Shown: positions 48,672-51,101 of the stretch, in pieces
How positions within the stretch are numbered: position 1 is the stretch's first letter
Layout: each line of letters begins with the position of its first letter
Assembly: GCA_021806745.1 (NCBI GenBank)
Contig: JAJZQS010000002.1
Coordinates: 1-51,101, forward strand
Origin: a bacterium
Lineage (GTDB): Bacteria; Elusimicrobiota; Elusimicrobia; UBA1565; UBA9628
Length of the DNA stretch: 51,101 nucleotides
Reading direction: 5' to 3'
Notes under the pieces: generated by a model
Seen by the model: only the letters and a program-made list of their open reading frames with translations
Databases searched by the model: none
What the model was told of the DNA's origin: nothing
Program-made: the position numbers and the translations under genes

Positions 48672-49765
48672 GCCGAGGCGGCCTCACGCGCCAGGCGGTC
48701 CAGGCCGTCGATCCAGGCGTTGCGCCCGCGGAGGATGTCGAGCTTGACGCCGAGAACATACACCTCGCCGGTGAGCACGCTCTCCCAGGAATCGGGAAAG
48801 CGCACGAAATCCTTCATCGTCGTCACCAGCGGCAGGCCGCCGCGCAGGCTTTCGGCCGAGCGCAGTTCGCGCTCGGAAAACGCGTGGTGGTCGGGGTAGC
48901 GCCAGCGCTGGGCGAGCTTGACGCCGAGGCCTTCCAACGAAGCTTCGAACTGCAGCGGGTCGCCGATGGCCGACAGCGCCACCGCCGCGCGCCCGCTCAA
49001 GTGCTCGGCGGGCAGACGGCGGTCGGCGCGCGCGTCGAGCAGGTGATCGGCGCGGTGCGCCGACTCCAGGATCGGCACGCCGGGGCGCATCGACTCCAGG
49101 CGCGCGCGCAGAGCGGCCAGTTCCTCGGCGGGGACCCGGTCGGCATGGGTGATCACGATCATGTGCGCGCGCCTCAGCGCCGAGATCGGCTCGCGCAAGT
49201 CGCCGGCGGGCAACAGGCGCCCGCCGCCGAAAGGATCGCGCGCGCTGATGAGCACGATGTCGAGGTCGCGGTGCAAACGCCAGTGCTGGAAGCCGTCGTC
49301 CAGGATCAAGACCTTGCTGCCGTAGGCCTCCACGGCAAGCCCGCCGGCCTTCGCGCGGTCCGGGCAGACGAGCACCGGCACGCCCAGACCCTGCAGGGAT
49401 TGGTGGATCATCCACGGCTCGTCGCCGCACGCGCGCCAGTCGGCGTGGCGGCCGTCGATGAGCACCGTGACTTCCTTCTTGGACGCCCGGCGTCCGTAGC
49501 CGCGAGAGAGGATGGCCACCTCGTGGCCGCGCTGGCGCAAGGTCTCGGCGGCAAGCAGGACGGCCGGCGTCTTGCCCGTGCCGCCGGCGGTGAGGTTGCC
49601 GATGCACACCACTCGCGCGTCGAGCCTGCGGCGCTTGAGCGCGCCCACGCCGTAGAGCGCGCGCCGCGCCAGCACCCCGGCGCCGTAGGCCAAAGACGCC
49701 GCGCCCAACGCCGCGCGGCCGGCCAGGCTGCCGCGCAGACGCTCGCGCCGCTTGGACCAGCTCAC
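48668..49765 (-). CDS. lpxK: Tetraacyldisaccharide 4'-kinase
   Basis: The GTG start overlaps the upstream stop (GTGA). P-loop VVCIGNLTAGGTGKTP. Also contains DDGFQH. Confidence 0.85.
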   Translation of the reverse strand: MSWSKRRERLRGSLAGRAALGAASLAYGAGVLARRALYGVGALKRRRLDARVVCIGNLTAGGTGKTPAVLLAAETLRQRGHEVAILSRGYGRRASKKEVTVLIDGRHADWRACGDEPWMIHQSLQGLGVPVLVCPDRAKAGGLAVEAYGSKVLILDDGFQHWRLHRDLDIVLISARDPFGGGRLLPAGDLREPISALRRAHMIVITHADRVPAEELAALRARLESMRPGVPILESAHRADHLLDARADRRLPAEHLSGRAAVALSAIGDPLQFEASLEGLGVKLAQRWRYPDHHAFSERELRSAESLRGGLPLVTTMKDFVRFPDSWESVLTGEVYVLGVKLDILRGRNAWIDGLDRLAREAASA

Positions 49766-50763
49766 GCGCGGTCCTGCGCGCGAGAGAGCATGTCCAGAGC
49801 CGCGGGCAAAACGCGCGCGGCGGGAAGCTCGGCCAGGCACTCGATGCGCGTGGGGCAGGTGTTGGAGCGGCAGCCGATGCAAGCCAGCTCCTCGCGGCGC
49901 ACGAAGCGGTGGTCGGGATGGTTCGGCGTCCAACTGGCCGGGTCCGAGGAGCCGTGCACGGTCAAAGTGGGCACGCCCACGGCCGCGGCCAGATGCTTGG
50001 TGCCCGAGCAGTTGGTCACGAGAAGCCGGCATTCGGCGAGCTCGCGCGCGAGGTCGGCCACGCCGGGCGTGGGCGGCGACACGCGCGCGGAGCTTCCCGC
50101 GCCGCGCGCGACCTCCTCGGCGAGTTCCCGTTCGCCGGGGCCCCAAAAGACTTTCAGCGCGCAGCCGCGCTTGTCCGCCAGCAGGCGCCCGAGTTCGGCG
50201 AAGGCCGCGGCCGGCCAGCGCCGCGTGTCCTTGCGCGAGGCGGGCGCCAGGCCCACGAGATTGGCCGTGCGCGCCGGCCGCGGCGTCAGATAGACCCGCG
50301 GAAGCGCCGGCGCGTCCGCGGGCGCCACGCCCAGGCTCTGCAGCCAGCGGACTTTTTCCGCCGCCGCGTACATCGCGTCTTGGGGCTGGACCAGCCGGTG
50401 GTTGTAGGCCCAACGCCGGCGCGAGTGCGCGGGGCCGGCCTTCACCGAGGCTTTCGACAGCGCCGCAATCAGCGCGGTGCGCGGATTGGCCAGGAAGTCG
50501 ATCACCCAATCGTAGCGGCGCGCGCGGATCTTCAGCGCCCAGCGCAGGGCGGCAAGCGCACCCGCCGCGTCGTAGACCAAAATCTCGTCGATGTCGGGGT
50601 TGCCCGCGACGGCCTCGGCTCCGGGCGCCTCGACCAGGAAATCCAGTTTCGCGCCCGGATAGCGTTTTTTGAGCGCCGCCAGCGCGGGCGTGGTCAAGAT
50701 CACGTCGCCGAGGCGGCGCAGCTGCACGACGAGAACGCGCGCGGGGGCCGGAGTCGCTTCCAC
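49762..50763 (-). CDS. Glycosyltransferase family 9 (LPS heptosyltransferase-like)
   Basis: Sequence RVLVVQLRRLGDVILTTPALAALKKRYPGAKLDFLV. Start preferred at GTG 50763 (TATCAT 6 nt upstream). The tracked ATG 50844 would translate an AT-rich promoter-like stretch. Confidence 0.75.
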   Translation of the reverse strand: MEATPAPARVLVVQLRRLGDVILTTPALAALKKRYPGAKLDFLVEAPGAEAVAGNPDIDEILVYDAAGALAALRWALKIRARRYDWVIDFLANPRTALIAALSKASVKAGPAHSRRRWAYNHRLVQPQDAMYAAAEKVRWLQSLGVAPADAPALPRVYLTPRPARTANLVGLAPASRKDTRRWPAAAFAELGRLLADKRGCALKVFWGPGERELAEEVARGAGSSARVSPPTPGVADLARELAECRLLVTNCSGTKHLAAAVGVPTLTVHGSSDPASWTPNHPDHRFVRREELACIGCRSNTCPTRIECLAELPAARVLPAALDMLSRAQDRA

Positions 50764-50769
50764 TCGGTC

Positions 50770-50775
50770 ATGATA
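50770..50775 (-). promoter_or_regulatory. -10-like TATCAT inside an AT-rich patch, 6 nt upstream of GTG 50763
   Basis: The minus strand reads ggaaatataTATCATgaccgaGTG. This is the only AT-rich patch in the area. Confidence 0.4.
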
Positions 50776-50822
50776 TATATTTCCGACGGGCGCAACGCCG
50801 ACGAGCGCCGAAATCCGGCGCG

Positions 50823-51101
50823 TCACTGCGCGCTCAAATGCCACGGCACGTTGATGACGACCACGCCGTTGCCGCCGCGCAAGTAGAGCAGGGCCTTGAG
50901 CAAGGTCGCGCGCTGGGCGTGGAGCAGGTGGTTGTACCAGCGCGCCTCCACGATCTCCGGGATGACGACGGCCACGCGGCGGTCGGGATGATCCTGGGCG
51001 GCGCGCAGCACGCGGTCGACCAGCGGCGTCAGCAGGTAGCGGTAGGGGGAGGGCAGCACGACCAGGCGCGGCGCGGGCAGGCCGGCCGCGGCCGCGGGGG
51101 C
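50823..51101 (-). CDS. 3' end of a gene running off the right edge; the tail resembles the cytoplasmic C-terminal domain of some APC-type permeases
   Basis: The frame is open to the window edge. It ends ...LPSPYRYLLTPLVDRVLRAAQDHPDRRVAVVIPEIVEARWYNHLLHAQRATLLKALL...VINVPWHLSAQ. The family assignment is from memory only. Confidence 0.4.
   Translation of the reverse strand, partial: APAAAAGLPAPRLVVLPSPYRYLLTPLVDRVLRAAQDHPDRRVAVVIPEIVEARWYNHLLHAQRATLLKALLYLRGGNGVVVINVPWHLSAQ

Noticed and set aside
50764-50844. Tracked ATG 50844 as the start of the GT9 gene
   Set aside because: It would overlap the upstream gene by 22 nt and translate the only AT-rich patch (aaatatatatcat) as protein. GTG 50763, with a -10 box 6 nt upstream, fits the window-wide leaderless pattern better.

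Overview
High-GC (~68% by eye), gene-dense 51.1-kb chromosomal segment from a diderm, LPS- and hopanoid-producing bacterium. No phylum can be assigned from the sequence alone. I support about 49 protein genes and one tRNA. I found no transposase, integrase, phage, CRISPR or rRNA features. Gene order left to right: (1) hopanoid core pair hpnH (partial) and shc. (2) A secreted CX5R phosphatase, a TauE-like exporter and an APC permease. (3) A livK-like/HMGF branched-chain amino-acid ABC operon. (4) tRNA-Thr(CGU). (5) A Wzy_C (O-antigen-ligase-like) membrane protein fused to TPR repeats. (6) A 12-gene, about 12-kb type IV filament operon: OmpA-domain protein, PilM-PilN fusion, PilO-like, PilP-like, secretin, one assembly ATPase, platform protein and four cysteine-rich prepilin-like proteins. 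(7) A second hopanoid block: hpnK on the plus strand, hpnJ-hpnI-hpnL on the minus strand. (8) A secreted HEXXH peptidase, uvrA, a DUF222-like HNH endonuclease and nadB. (9) An odd operon: gamma-carbonic-anhydrase-like protein, degenerate histidine kinase, neutral ceramidase, serC, TPR protein. (10) A roughly 9.3-kb minus-strand LPS operon: GT9 heptosyltransferase, lpxK, DUF3108, heptose kinase, kdsB, pyrG, kdsA, Zn-ribbon membrane protein, lptC, lptA, lptB. The best candidate for something not yet described is the self-contained type IV filament operon. Its parts list is non-canonical: no prepilin peptidase or retraction ATPase in the window, a GspL-like PilMN fusion, an OmpA-type lead gene and Cys-rich pilins. 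Its pilC/pilin promoter has a G8 tract in the spacer, and it sits between two hopanoid gene blocks. A second window-wide signal is that (extended) -10 boxes recur 5-8 nt upstream of start codons, implying many leaderless transcripts. Many long ORFs in the six-frame track are Arg/Gly/Ala/Pro-rich antisense shadows of real genes and were rejected. All functional calls rest on motifs I recognise by eye; no database search was run.
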